Shown here piece after piece: positions 25,250-34,637 of a DNA stretch of 50,992 nucleotides. The notes below the pieces were generated by a model. That model was not told where the DNA came from and searched no databases. It worked only from the letters and a program-made list of their open reading frames with translations. Origin of the DNA: an uncultured Spartobacteria bacterium (lineage in GTDB: Bacteria > Verrucomicrobiota > Verrucomicrobiia > Chthoniobacterales > Terrimicrobiaceae); assembly GCA_937960895.1 (NCBI GenBank), contig CALCJD010000145.1, positions 1 to 50,992 of the forward strand. The letters are read 5' to 3'. Made by a program: the position numbers and the translations under genes. The first letter of the stretch is position 1. Every line of letters starts with the position of its first letter.

Positions 25250-26641
25250 ATGATTGCACGCCAACAGGAAATTCGTCTTCAAGTCAACCAATTGATTGAC
25301 GCTGTCCTGTTGGGCGGGGTGTTCTGGCTGTGCCACTGGGTGCGGCATTCGGGCCTGCTGGTTCTCGACGCGCTGAATGAAATTCCCGCGTTTGATCATT
25401 TTTTGTGGATGCTGGCCGTCATCATGCCTTTCGGCCCCTTCCTGCTGGAATTGCAGGGCTATTACCAGCACCCGCTGGAAAAGACGGTCTGGAAATCCCT
25501 GCACCAGATCGCCCGGGCGGGCTTGTGGCTGGGCCTCATCATCGGAGGGGCGGTGATTTTCCTCCGCCTCACGGTGCCGAGCCGTTCCGTGCTGATCCTT
25601 TTCTGCATTGCGGCCCCCGTCACCCTGATCCTCAAGGAGCGGATTTATGCGTGGCTGAGGCTGATGAAGCTGAAACAGGGGGAGTCCGGCGAGCGCATCA
25701 TTCTGGCGGGCGAGCAGGAACGCATGCGGGAAATCGTGCGGACGCTCAGCCTGGCCCAGCGGCTCGAGGTCCGGATTGTGGAGCGGATCGATCTTGAGGT
25801 CTGCGAGGTGAGTGAACTGGTCAACGCCATCCACCGTCACAGCGTCGGGCGGGTGATCCTGGCATTCAGCCGGCTGGAAATGGACAAGGTGCAGCGGGCC
25901 ATCGAGGCCTGCGAGGTCGAAGGAGTCGAGGCCTGGTTGAGCGCGGATTTCATCCGGACCTCCGTCGCCCGCCCCACATACGAGAACCTGGGAGGGCGTC
26001 CCATGCTCGTTTTCCGGGCCACGCCCGACCTTTCCTGGGCCCTGCTCGTCAAGGGCCTCATCGACCGCGTCGGGGCCTTCGTCGGCTTGGTGGTGCTGTC
26101 GCCGCTCTTTGTCATTCTTGCCATCCTCGTGCGGCTGAGTTCGCCCGGCCCGGCCTTCTTCAGTCAGAGACGGGCGGGAATCCACGGACGCCCCTTCACC
26201 ATGTGGAAATTCCGGTCGATGTTCGTGGACGCCGAAAAACGCCATGCGGAATTGCTGTCGCGCAACGAAATGAGCGGACCGGTCTTCAAGATCGAAAACG
26301 ATCCCCGGGTCACCCCGATCGGCCGGTTCCTGCGCAAGACCAGCCTGGACGAACTGCCGCAGCTGTTGAACGTGTTGCAGGGCGACATGAGCCTGGTGGG
26401 CCCCCGGCCGCTGCCCCTCTACGAAGTGGAGAGTTTTTCGTCCGCCGCCCACCGCCGCCGCCTGAGCATGAAACCCGGACTGACCTGTCTCTGGCAGGTG
26501 CGGGGACGCAACAATGTCCGGAATTTCGACGACTGGGTGAAGATGGATCTCGAATACATCGACAACTGGTCGTTGCGACTGGATTTCAAGATCCTCCTGA
26601 TGACAATTCCGGCCGTCCTGAAGGGATACGGCGCCAAATAG
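25250..26641 (+). CDS. Undecaprenyl-phosphate hexose-1-phosphate transferase (bacterial sugar transferase, WbaP/EpsB-like priming glycosyltransferase)
   Basis: 463 aa with 4-5 N-terminal TM helices and a central CoA-binding-like domain. The C-terminal bacterial sugar transferase domain carries PRP..E and D....Y motifs (LVGPRPLPLYEV...DLEYIDNWSLRLDFKILLMTI). Confidence 0.85.
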   Translation: MIARQQEIRLQVNQLIDAVLLGGVFWLCHWVRHSGLLVLDALNEIPAFDHFLWMLAVIMPFGPFLLELQGYYQHPLEKTVWKSLHQIARAGLWLGLIIGGAVIFLRLTVPSRSVLILFCIAAPVTLILKERIYAWLRLMKLKQGESGERIILAGEQERMREIVRTLSLAQRLEVRIVERIDLEVCEVSELVNAIHRHSVGRVILAFSRLEMDKVQRAIEACEVEGVEAWLSADFIRTSVARPTYENLGGRPMLVFRATPDLSWALLVKGLIDRVGAFVGLVVLSPLFVILAILVRLSSPGPAFFSQRRAGIHGRPFTMWKFRSMFVDAEKRHAELLSRNEMSGPVFKIENDPRVTPIGRFLRKTSLDELPQLLNVLQGDMSLVGPRPLPLYEVESFSSAAHRRRLSMKPGLTCLWQVRGRNNVRNFDDWVKMDLEYIDNWSLRLDFKILLMTIPAVLKGYGAK

Positions 26642-26715
26642 TCGGGCGGGGCGTGGAGAAAATCCACTTTTCTTACTAGCCAAAAACGATTTGCGTCGGT
26701 TATCAAAACGACCCG

Positions 26716-27669
26716 ATGTCTCAACCTTCCAGACCCATCACCAGTGTTGTCACCGGCGGAGCAGGCTTTCTTGGCTCCCATTTGACGGATCGCCTTCTCG
26801 CTGAAGGACATCGGGTGATTGCGATTGACAACCTGATCACCGGCAACGTTGCGAATATCGAGCACCTGGCAGGCAACAAGAACTACAAGTTCATCCATCA
26901 CGACGTCACCAACTACATTTTCCTGCCGGGTGAGGTGCATTACGTCTGGCATTTTGCCAGTCCGGCCAGTCCGATCGACTACCTGAACCATCCCATTCCA
27001 ACCCTCAAGGTGGGTTCCCTGGGCACCCACAACAGCCTGGGTCTGGCGAAGGCCAAGGGGGCTTCGTTCCTGCTGGCCTCGACCTCGGAATGTTACGGCG
27101 ATCCGCTCGTCCATCCCCAGACCGAGGATTACTGGGGAAACGTCAATCCGATCGGACCGCGGGGGGTGTATGACGAAGCCAAACGCTTCGCCGAGGCCCT
27201 CACGATGGCCTACCACCGGTACCATCAGGTCGACACCAAGATTGTCCGCATTTTCAACACCTATGGTCCGCGCATGCGCCTCAACGACGGACGTGTCGTG
27301 CCGGCCTTCATTGGCCAGGCCCTGTCCGGTCAGGCGCTGACCATCTTCGGCGACGGCTCCCAGACCCGCAGCTTTTGTTACGTCTCGGATCTCATCGATG
27401 GCATTTACCGTCTCATGATGAGCGACTACCATGAGCCGGTGAACATCGGAAATCCCCGGGAAATGACCATTCGTCAGTTCGCCGACGAGATCATCCGCAT
27501 CATGGGAGCCTCCGCGAACATCGAACACCGGCCCCTGCCGGTGGACGACCCGAAGGTCCGGCAGCCCGACATCACCCGCGCGCGGGAGATTCTCGGCTGG
27601 GAGCCCAAGGTGGACTTCGAGGAGGGCATCCGCAAGACCATCGAGTACTTCAAAAACCACGTTCGGTAG
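26716..27669 (+). CDS. UDP-glucuronate decarboxylase (UDP-xylose synthase, UXS-type extended SDR)
   Basis: [26 protein letters not shown] and YDEAKRFAE (the YxxxK motif), plus strong overall resemblance to UXS1/ArnA-decarboxylase-type enzymes. 317 aa. Confidence 0.85.
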   Translation: MSQPSRPITSVVTGGAGFLGSHLTDRLLAEGHRVIAIDNLITGNVANIEHLAGNKNYKFIHHDVTNYIFLPGEVHYVWHFASPASPIDYLNHPIPTLKVGSLGTHNSLGLAKAKGASFLLASTSECYGDPLVHPQTEDYWGNVNPIGPRGVYDEAKRFAEALTMAYHRYHQVDTKIVRIFNTYGPRMRLNDGRVVPAFIGQALSGQALTIFGDGSQTRSFCYVSDLIDGIYRLMMSDYHEPVNIGNPREMTIRQFADEIIRIMGASANIEHRPLPVDDPKVRQPDITRAREILGWEPKVDFEEGIRKTIEYFKNHVR

Positions 27670-27721
27670 CAGGCTTTTCTTTGTTTACTCCCTTAAGTAA
27701 TTCGCATATTCTTCACATTCC

Positions 27722-28351
27722 ATGTCTCCCTTGAAACTCCTCCCGGCGGCCTCTCTTGCGATCCTCATGGCCGCGTTTTCGACCAGCTTCGCCCAGCAGC
27801 CGAACACCGAGTACAAGATTGCCAAGATCGACCCCAGTTTTGTCGAGTCCCCGAATTACACGGGACCGCGGTACGACAAGCGGGGAACGAAGCCCGGATC
27901 CTGGCTTGAGGTGGAGGTGACCTTTGAATGGCAGCCGCGTCAGAAGCAGCCGAAATACACGGAGGAACTGACCGCCAATTTCTACATCCTGCTGAACAAT
28001 CAGAGCCAGCAGTTCCCGAAGGGAGCCCTGCTGACCGGTTCGGTGACCATGATGAGCGTCCCGCAGGGACGGGACCTGCACACGGTCGTGTACATCAGCC
28101 CGCGCACCCTGGAGCGCATGTTTGACGGCAAGGTGCCGTCGAACGCCTCGCAGGCGGTGACGGACATCGGAGTGACTTTGAGCAAACAGGGGCAGGTGGT
28201 GGCCTCCACCAGCTGGAAGAGCAAGAGTGGAGAGTGGTGGCCGCTTTATCAGCAGACACCGGGATACGTCCTCAACAAGAACGAGACCCCGTTTGCTCCT
28301 CTCGCCTGGGATTATTACGAAGCCATCAAGCCGAAAGGCCCCGGCTTTTAA
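27722..28351 (+). CDS. Secreted hypothetical protein; first gene of the pili-like cluster (position corresponds to Amuc_1102 in the Akkermansia locus)
   Basis: Signal peptide (LLPAASLAILMAAFSTSFAQQ). 209 aa, lower GC than its neighbours, no known domain recognised. Its stop lies 39 bp before the PilM-like gene. Confidence 0.65.
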   Translation: MSPLKLLPAASLAILMAAFSTSFAQQPNTEYKIAKIDPSFVESPNYTGPRYDKRGTKPGSWLEVEVTFEWQPRQKQPKYTEELTANFYILLNNQSQQFPKGALLTGSVTMMSVPQGRDLHTVVYISPRTLERMFDGKVPSNASQAVTDIGVTLSKQGQVVASTSWKSKSGEWWPLYQQTPGYVLNKNETPFAPLAWDYYEAIKPKGPGF

Positions 28352-28390
28352 TACCCGGATCCACTCGGAAACTTTCCTTACAGCTAGCCC

Positions 28391-30169
28391 ATGGCCGCGC
28401 CCACACGCATTGTTTCGCTCAATCTTGGCATGCAAACCGTCACCCTGGCGGAATTCCATGCCACGCCGGATGGCGCGATTACGCTGAATGCCTGCAAGCA
28501 GGAAGAGCTGATTGTCGACCCTGCGGCGGACGTCACCCGTCCGGCCCAGATTGAGTCTGCAATCGACAACCTGCGCAAGGCATTGAAACTGCCGGCAAAA
28601 TTCCCGGTGAACTACTGCCTGCCTTCGCAGTCGGTTTTCGCCCGCTTTGTCAAACTGCCCGGAGCCACGCCGGAGGATGTCACGGAGATCATCGCCTTCG
28701 AAGCCCAGCAGAACGTGCCGTTTCCCATCGATGAGGTGGTCTGGGACTACCAGATTATGGGTGAGTCCAAGGAGAACAACTGGGACGTGGCGCTTGTCGC
28801 GATCAAGGCTGATCAGCTTGGGGAAACCAACGACGCGGTCAATCGCGGAGGTTTCCGCAGCGGCGTCATCGACGTGGCGCCCATGGCGCTCTACAACGCC
28901 TTCCGCTACAATTACAGCGAACTCACCGGATCCTCGCTCCTGATCGACATCGGAGCCCGCACGACCAACCTCGTGTTTGTGGAGGGCAAGAGGGTCTTCA
29001 GCCGCAGCATTCCGGTGGGCGGCGCCACCATCAGCGCCGCCATCGGCAAGGAATTCAAGCAGGACATCACCGTCGGCGAGAAGCTCAAGCTGGAGAAGGG
29101 ATTTGTCGGACTGGGCGGCGCCTATGCCGAACCGGACGATCCGACGGAAACCCGCATTTCAAAGCTGGTGCGCAACACCATGACCCGTCTCCATGCGGAA
29201 ATTGCGCGCTCCATCAGTTTTTACCGTCAGAACCAGGGAGGCAGCGCCCCCGTGCGCGCGTTCCTCTGCGGCGGAACTTCGGGACTGCCCTACATGCTGG
29301 AGTTTTTCAGCGAAAAACTCCAGATCCCGATCGAGCATTTCAATCCCCTGCGCAATGTCACCGTGGCCAACGAGGAGACGGCCGCCTTTGTCAGCACCAG
29401 GGCGCATGCGTTGGGCGAGGTGGTCGGCACGGCCCTGCGCGGACTCAAGAATTGCCCGATGGAGATCAATCTCCGTCCCGCCAGTGTCGTCCGGGAGCAG
29501 GATCTGGCCCGGCGCAAACCCTTTCTGGTGCTGGCCGGAATCTGTCTGGTGCTCGCCCCGGCCACCTGGTGGTTCTATTTCCATCAGGCCAAGACCCTCA
29601 CCGAGCAAAACCTGGATTCGGTCAACCAGGATGTCGCCAAACTCGAGGCGGTTGCCAAGCAGTTCGACGCCCTGAACGCCGAGGCCAAGAAACTGGTCGA
29701 GTCGGCGGCGCCCCTCCTGCTGGCCTCGGCCGAACGCGGGGTCTGGGCGCAGATCATTGACGACCTCGGTCAGCGCCTGCCGAGCCGCTACATCTGGGTG
29801 ACGGAGGTCGTTCCGCTTGTCGATGGAAAGACCCCCTATCAGGTGGGTGAATCCTCGACAACGTCGCCGGTCAGCGCCACGCCGTCCGGAGGGGCGGCCC
29901 GACCGGGTGCCACCCCGCCTCCCGCGCCCAAGATCGATGCGTTGCGCATCAGCGGCCTCTATCTGGAGCGACTGCCCAACGACACCCGTTCGCAACCCCA
30001 GCTCGTGGTGGATGATTTTGTGAACAACCTGCAGAAATCCTCGGTTTTCAAGATCGAGGAAAAGGACAAATCCCGAATCATCATCGAACGGCAGACGCCC
30101 GACGGCCAGAAATGGGCCTATAACTACACCCTCGTGCTTCCGCTTCGTAATCCCATCGCTCTGCCATGA
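28391..30169 (+). CDS. Type IV pilus assembly PilM-like actin-fold ATPase fused to a PilN-like TM/coiled-coil segment
   Basis: N-terminal 360 aa form a PilM/FtsA-like actin fold (IVSLNLGMQTVTLAEF..., LLIDIGARTTNLVFVEGK..., FLCGGTSGLPYMLEFF). They are followed by a TM helix (PFLVLAGICLVLAPATWWFYF) and a coiled-coil plus beta region, as in PilN. 592 aa. Confidence 0.8.
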   Translation: MAAPTRIVSLNLGMQTVTLAEFHATPDGAITLNACKQEELIVDPAADVTRPAQIESAIDNLRKALKLPAKFPVNYCLPSQSVFARFVKLPGATPEDVTEIIAFEAQQNVPFPIDEVVWDYQIMGESKENNWDVALVAIKADQLGETNDAVNRGGFRSGVIDVAPMALYNAFRYNYSELTGSSLLIDIGARTTNLVFVEGKRVFSRSIPVGGATISAAIGKEFKQDITVGEKLKLEKGFVGLGGAYAEPDDPTETRISKLVRNTMTRLHAEIARSISFYRQNQGGSAPVRAFLCGGTSGLPYMLEFFSEKLQIPIEHFNPLRNVTVANEETAAFVSTRAHALGEVVGTALRGLKNCPMEINLRPASVVREQDLARRKPFLVLAGICLVLAPATWWFYFHQAKTLTEQNLDSVNQDVAKLEAVAKQFDALNAEAKKLVESAAPLLLASAERGVWAQIIDDLGQRLPSRYIWVTEVVPLVDGKTPYQVGESSTTSPVSATPSGGAARPGATPPPAPKIDALRISGLYLERLPNDTRSQPQLVVDDFVNNLQKSSVFKIEEKDKSRIIIERQTPDGQKWAYNYTLVLPLRNPIALP

Positions 30170-31056
30170 ACTGGTTTCGTGAAAATCCCTTTGTCTCCGG
30201 CCTGGCGATTTTTGTCGTCGTGGCATCCGGGGCGTTGATCTTCCTGACGACCCGGACCATGTCGGAGTACTCCGAGATCTCCGATCAATACACCCAGGCC
30301 GTGCAGAAGCTCCATGGCCTGCAGAATCGGTCGCCGTTCCCGAATGCCGAGAACCTGGCCAAATCCAAGGCGCTGGAGGCCGAATACAAGGCCGAACTCA
30401 CCGCCCTGCAGGAACAGCTCGCCAAGCTGGAACCGCCGGTCAACCCGGACATCAAACCGCAACAGTTCCAGGACGACCTGCGGGCTGCGGTCAATGACGT
30501 GATGAAAAAGGCGGCCGAAAAGCAGGTCACCCTGCCGCGGGACTTTTATCTGGGCTTCAGCCAGTACGTCAACAGCCTGCCCAATGACAAGGCCGCGCCC
30601 CTGCTCGCCCGCCAGCTGACCGTCATCAAGGAGATCGTCGACAATCTCATCGACGTGGGAGTTCAGTCCATTGACGGCCTGACGCGCCGTCCTCTGCCGG
30701 AGGAACAGCCCTCGGCCGCCCAGGCCCAGCGCAAACCGGCCATCGTGGAACGCTTCCCGTTTGACATCGCCTTCACCACCGACCAGAGCAAGTTCCGGAT
30801 CGTCTTCAACGGGATCCAGAAATCAAACCGCTTTTTGATCATTCGGGCGCTGAACCTCAGCAACACCAGCCAGGACGGACCTCCGGTTGTCCAGGACAAT
30901 GCGCAGACCTCGGTCACGGCGACCGCCAGCCTGGCGGGAACGGGGGTCGAGGGTTCCAAGGAGCTGAACGTGATCCTCGGCCGGGAGTTGGTCAAGGTCT
31001 CCCTCCGCCTGGAAATGATCGCCTTCAACTTTCCGAAGCCGGAGGCCAAGAATTAA
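30166..31056 (+). CDS. Amuc_1100-like / PilO-like membrane-anchored pili-associated protein
   Basis: N-terminus MNWF...TM helix, then a coiled coil. The blocks FPFDIAFTTDQSKFRIVFNGIQKSNRFLIIRALNLSN and the C-terminal VKVSLRLEMIAFNFPKPEAKN resemble, from memory, Amuc_1100 of Akkermansia muciniphila (MSNW...TM; ...LEIAFQGDRESVLKAMNAI...; ...VQVSLNLVHFNQPK...). The ATG overlaps the stop of the PilMN gene (ATGA). Confidence 0.6.
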   Translation: MNWFRENPFVSGLAIFVVVASGALIFLTTRTMSEYSEISDQYTQAVQKLHGLQNRSPFPNAENLAKSKALEAEYKAELTALQEQLAKLEPPVNPDIKPQQFQDDLRAAVNDVMKKAAEKQVTLPRDFYLGFSQYVNSLPNDKAAPLLARQLTVIKEIVDNLIDVGVQSIDGLTRRPLPEEQPSAAQAQRKPAIVERFPFDIAFTTDQSKFRIVFNGIQKSNRFLIIRALNLSNTSQDGPPVVQDNAQTSVTATASLAGTGVEGSKELNVILGRELVKVSLRLEMIAFNFPKPEAKN

Positions 31057-31062
31057 TCTGTC

Positions 31063-31992
31063 ATGGATTGGGTGAAACAAAATTACGAACGCGCCCTGCT
31101 GGCGCTGGCAGCCGTCGCCTTGCTGGCCTGCAGCGTGCTGGTGATTCTCAAGGTGCAGGCTTTTCCCGCCCTGTTTGAAGGCAGGAACAGTTCGAAAAAG
31201 CCGGATCACGAGATCAAGCCCTACCCGGTGGAAGAGCTGAAGGTGGCCGCCGCACAGGTCGCCCGGCCGGCCCAGTTTTCGAGTTCCGAAGGGTCGTTGT
31301 TTGTTTCCCTGCCCTACGTGCTGAAGGACGGGATCATCATCAACCCGATGGAGAGCCCGGAGCCCCTGCATCCGCCGATCAAGAACACCTGGTTGATCAC
31401 CCACAATCTGCCCTGGTGGGAGAGCGACGTGAAGGATCAGGATCCCGACGAGGATGGCTTCACCAACCTTGAGGAGTTTCAAAACGGAACGAACCCGAAG
31501 GACAAAACCTCCGTGCCGCCCTACTGGAAGAAACTTCAGCTGGAGAAGTTCATCTCCATTCCGTTCCGTCTGAAGTTCAACGGCGTCTCGGATGAAGGCA
31601 AGATCTTCCAGATCAATCCCCAGGGAGGCCGGTCGCAATTCCGTGGCGTCGGCGAGATGATCGAGGGCACCCCCTACAAGATCGTCAGCTACAAGCAGAA
31701 ATTCGCCACCAAGAACGAGATGGAGGTCGATGTGTCCGAGTTGACCATCGAAAACACCGAAACCGGCCGCATGATCGTGCTGGTTTACCGGCAGGAAGCC
31801 AATGATCCGACCTCCAAAGCGCTATTCCGTTATCTCTATGATAACTCGACGTTTGAGGTGAAACTCGACGATGAATTCGGCCTGGTTCCGGTGCCGGAGC
31901 ACAAGTATAAACTCATTGACATCAACGATGAGAAGGCCGTAATACAGGACCAGGAGACGAAGGAAACCCATGAGATTCCTCGTCTTCGCTAA
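31063..31992 (+). CDS. Membrane-anchored hypothetical protein of the pili-like cluster (PilP-like position)
   Basis: N-terminal signal-anchor (ALLALAAVALLACSVLVIL). 309 aa, Lys/Glu-rich. It lies between the Amuc_1100-like gene and the secretin gene. Confidence 0.55.
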   Translation: MDWVKQNYERALLALAAVALLACSVLVILKVQAFPALFEGRNSSKKPDHEIKPYPVEELKVAAAQVARPAQFSSSEGSLFVSLPYVLKDGIIINPMESPEPLHPPIKNTWLITHNLPWWESDVKDQDPDEDGFTNLEEFQNGTNPKDKTSVPPYWKKLQLEKFISIPFRLKFNGVSDEGKIFQINPQGGRSQFRGVGEMIEGTPYKIVSYKQKFATKNEMEVDVSELTIENTETGRMIVLVYRQEANDPTSKALFRYLYDNSTFEVKLDDEFGLVPVPEHKYKLIDINDEKAVIQDQETKETHEIPRLR

Positions 31993-32113
31993 AGCCGCTG
32001 CCAAGCCTGACCATGCGCGCCTTAACCAACGCGTTTGCAAGTGGATCGGAGTCCCCAGCTCCGAGCCGGGCGTTTCCGATTCCATAGTGTTCCCAGACAA
32101 AGTTGCCTTAATC

Positions 32114-34591
32114 ATGAAGTTCCAAGTTTTCACCGTATCCGCCCTGTTGGCACTCAGCGCATCAGCTTCCCATGCGCAGCAGGCGGGAAGCCAAGCCGCG
32201 GCGGAACGGGAAATCCGTCGCCTGGAGCACAACAGCCGGCATGCGCAGGATGCGATCAGGAAGGGCAACGAGGCCCTGAAGAATCAGGACTATGAAACGG
32301 CCTATGCCTGGTTCAAAAGCGCGGTGGATGTCCTTCCGAGCGGTGGCTCCGCCACGGCTTCCCTGCGCGAGGAGGCGCTCGACGGTTTCAGTCGCGCCTG
32401 TGTGAAGCTGGCCCAGCAGCGCATTTCCGAAGGCCGCTTCGAGGATGCCTCGACCACGCTCGATGTCGTTCTCGAGGAGCGGTACAATCCCACCTACGGG
32501 CCGGCGCTCACCCTGCGCAAGAAGCTCAAGGAGCCGAACACCTTCAACAAGACGCTCACTCCGGGATTCATCGCCAATGTGGAGGAGGTCAAGCAGCTCC
32601 TCATTGAGGCCGACGGATTTTATCAGACCGGCCGGTTCGATCTCGCGTTCAAGCGGTACGAACAGGTTCTCAACGTCGACCCCTACAACATCGCCGCCCG
32701 CCGCGGCATGGAGAAGGTCAATCAGGCCCGGGCCAAATACTCCGACGTCGCCTACAGCGAAGCCCGCGGAAAAATGCTGACGGATGTCGAGGCGGCTTGG
32801 GCGCTTCCCGTCCGTCAGTTCGACATCGGAACCACCACCATCATTGAGCAGCCGCAGATCGATCAGCGCGGCACCTCGCTCATCAATCGCAAGCTCGACG
32901 AAATCATCATTCCCCGCATCGACTTCCAGGATGTGACGATTCGCGAAGCCCTCGATTTCATCAAGCAGCGGGCCGCGGCGCTGGACACGACGGAAACCGA
33001 TCCCTCCAGGAGGGGCGTGAACATCGTGCTGAACATTCCGGAGTCGGCTCCCGAGGCCTCCGCGCGCATCACTCTCGGTCTGACGGACATCCCGCTCCGC
33101 GCCGCCATCAACTACGTGGCGAACGCCGCAAACCTCAAGCTGAAGGTGGAACCCTATGCGGTGTCCGTGGTTCAGCAGTCCACTCCCACCGATGTGCTGA
33201 TCACCAAGGAATACAAGGTGCCGCCGGGATTCATCACGGCCCTTCCCAACCAGTCCGGGGCGGCTCCCGCTCCGGGGGCGGGCAACCTCGCCCCGGGTTC
33301 CCAGTCTGCGGTGGCGGCCCGTTCGGGGGCCCGCGAGTTTCTGGAGAACTCCGGTGTGACCTTTCCTCCGGGGGCGACGGCCTATTTCATCGCCAGCACC
33401 AGCAAGCTGATCGTCAAGAACACCCAGTCCAATCTCGATCTGGTCGACACTTTGGTGGAGAACTCCCTCGCCGTGCCGCCCAGCCAGGTGGAAATCGAGT
33501 CGAAGTTCCTCGAAGTCACGCAAAACAACCTCAAGGAGCTTGGGTTTGACTGGCTGCTTGGACAGTTTGCCATGCCCTTCGGATCGGGCATTTACGGTGG
33601 CGGAGGAACCCCGGGCCTGAATCAGACCATCAACTCCAACGCCTTCCCGATCTTGAATCCGAACGGCCTGCCGGTCGGCGCGACCTCGGACACCTCCGGT
33701 TCGATCACCGGGGGCATCCGATCGGGTTCGGGCAGCCGGTCCTATTCGACGGCAATCAGTGTCAACGCCATCGACGCGCTGCTCTTCGGCACCCCGGTGG
33801 GCCCTGCCCCGGCGATGCTGGCGGTGGCCGGAGTCTTCACGAACCCGCAGTTCCAGGTTGTCATCCGTGCCCTGAATCAACAGAAGGGCGTCGACTTGGT
33901 CAGCGCGCCCAAGGTGACCACCAAGAGCGGCGTGAGGGCCACGATTCAGATTGTCAGGGAATTCCGCTATCCCACGGAGTTCGACCTGCCGCAGGTCACC
34001 CAGTCCGCCGGCTCCATCTACACGCCGGCCACTCCGACCACCCCCACCGGATTCGAAACGAAGCCGGTCGGTATCACTCTCGAGGTTGAGCCCACGGTGG
34101 GTCCGGACGGATACACCATCGATCTGATCCTCTCCCCGCGGGTGGTCGAGTTCGACGGCTTCATCAACTACGGCAACCCCATCTACACGGTGGGTACCGC
34201 CTCTGGATTCGGTGTCTCCAGTCAGCTGTTGATGACCGAAAACACCATCAACCAGCCGGTCTTCTCCACCCGTGAGGTGACGACGGAAGTGACGGTTTAC
34301 GACGGTCAGACGGTCGTTCTGGGCGGACTGATGCGCGAAGACATCCAGAAGGTCGAGGACAAGGTGCCGATCCTGGGCGACATCCCGCTGGCTGGACGCC
34401 TTTTCCGCAGCACGGCCGACCAGCACATCAAACGGAATCTGATCATGTTTGTGACCGCCAGCCTGCTGGATCCCGCCGGTCAGCCGTTGATCAAGGTGGA
34501 TGAGGAAAGCGAGATCCTCCCCGTTCCCGATGCCATGCAGATCGAGAACGAAATCATTCCCGGCGATCCCCTTTCCGCCCTCCCTCAGTAA
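32114..34591 (+). CDS. Secretin (PilQ/GspD family) with an N-terminal TPR-like periplasmic region; paralog 1
   Basis: Signal peptide MKFQVFTVSALLALSASASHAQQ; ATG at 32114 verified. The track ORF start at 31970 is an upstream extension. Secretin-domain motifs: VEIESKFLEVTQNNLKELGFDWL, PILGDIPLAGRLFRS and NLIMFVTASLL. 825 aa. Confidence 0.85.
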   Translation: MKFQVFTVSALLALSASASHAQQAGSQAAAEREIRRLEHNSRHAQDAIRKGNEALKNQDYETAYAWFKSAVDVLPSGGSATASLREEALDGFSRACVKLAQQRISEGRFEDASTTLDVVLEERYNPTYGPALTLRKKLKEPNTFNKTLTPGFIANVEEVKQLLIEADGFYQTGRFDLAFKRYEQVLNVDPYNIAARRGMEKVNQARAKYSDVAYSEARGKMLTDVEAAWALPVRQFDIGTTTIIEQPQIDQRGTSLINRKLDEIIIPRIDFQDVTIREALDFIKQRAAALDTTETDPSRRGVNIVLNIPESAPEASARITLGLTDIPLRAAINYVANAANLKLKVEPYAVSVVQQSTPTDVLITKEYKVPPGFITALPNQSGAAPAPGAGNLAPGSQSAVAARSGAREFLENSGVTFPPGATAYFIASTSKLIVKNTQSNLDLVDTLVENSLAVPPSQVEIESKFLEVTQNNLKELGFDWLLGQFAMPFGSGIYGGGGTPGLNQTINSNAFPILNPNGLPVGATSDTSGSITGGIRSGSGSRSYSTAISVNAIDALLFGTPVGPAPAMLAVAGVFTNPQFQVVIRALNQQKGVDLVSAPKVTTKSGVRATIQIVREFRYPTEFDLPQVTQSAGSIYTPATPTTPTGFETKPVGITLEVEPTVGPDGYTIDLILSPRVVEFDGFINYGNPIYTVGTASGFGVSSQLLMTENTINQPVFSTREVTTEVTVYDGQTVVLGGLMREDIQKVEDKVPILGDIPLAGRLFRSTADQHIKRNLIMFVTASLLDPAGQPLIKVDEESEILPVPDAMQIENEIIPGDPLSALPQ

Positions 34592-34637
34592 GTAACCAGC
34601 AATCCGGATAATGAGATTTTTGCCCTTTAACGAGTAT

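Noticed and set aside
31970-32113. Upstream extension of the secretin-1 ORF (track start 31970), and analogous extensions at 37105 (coaE), 50224 (rnhA), 9868 (NarL regulator), 8335 (CheY-like) and 48388 (IscU-like)
   Set aside because: In each case the conserved N-terminus (signal peptide, P-loop, REC beta1, etc.) starts at an internal Met, and the extension overlaps the preceding gene.
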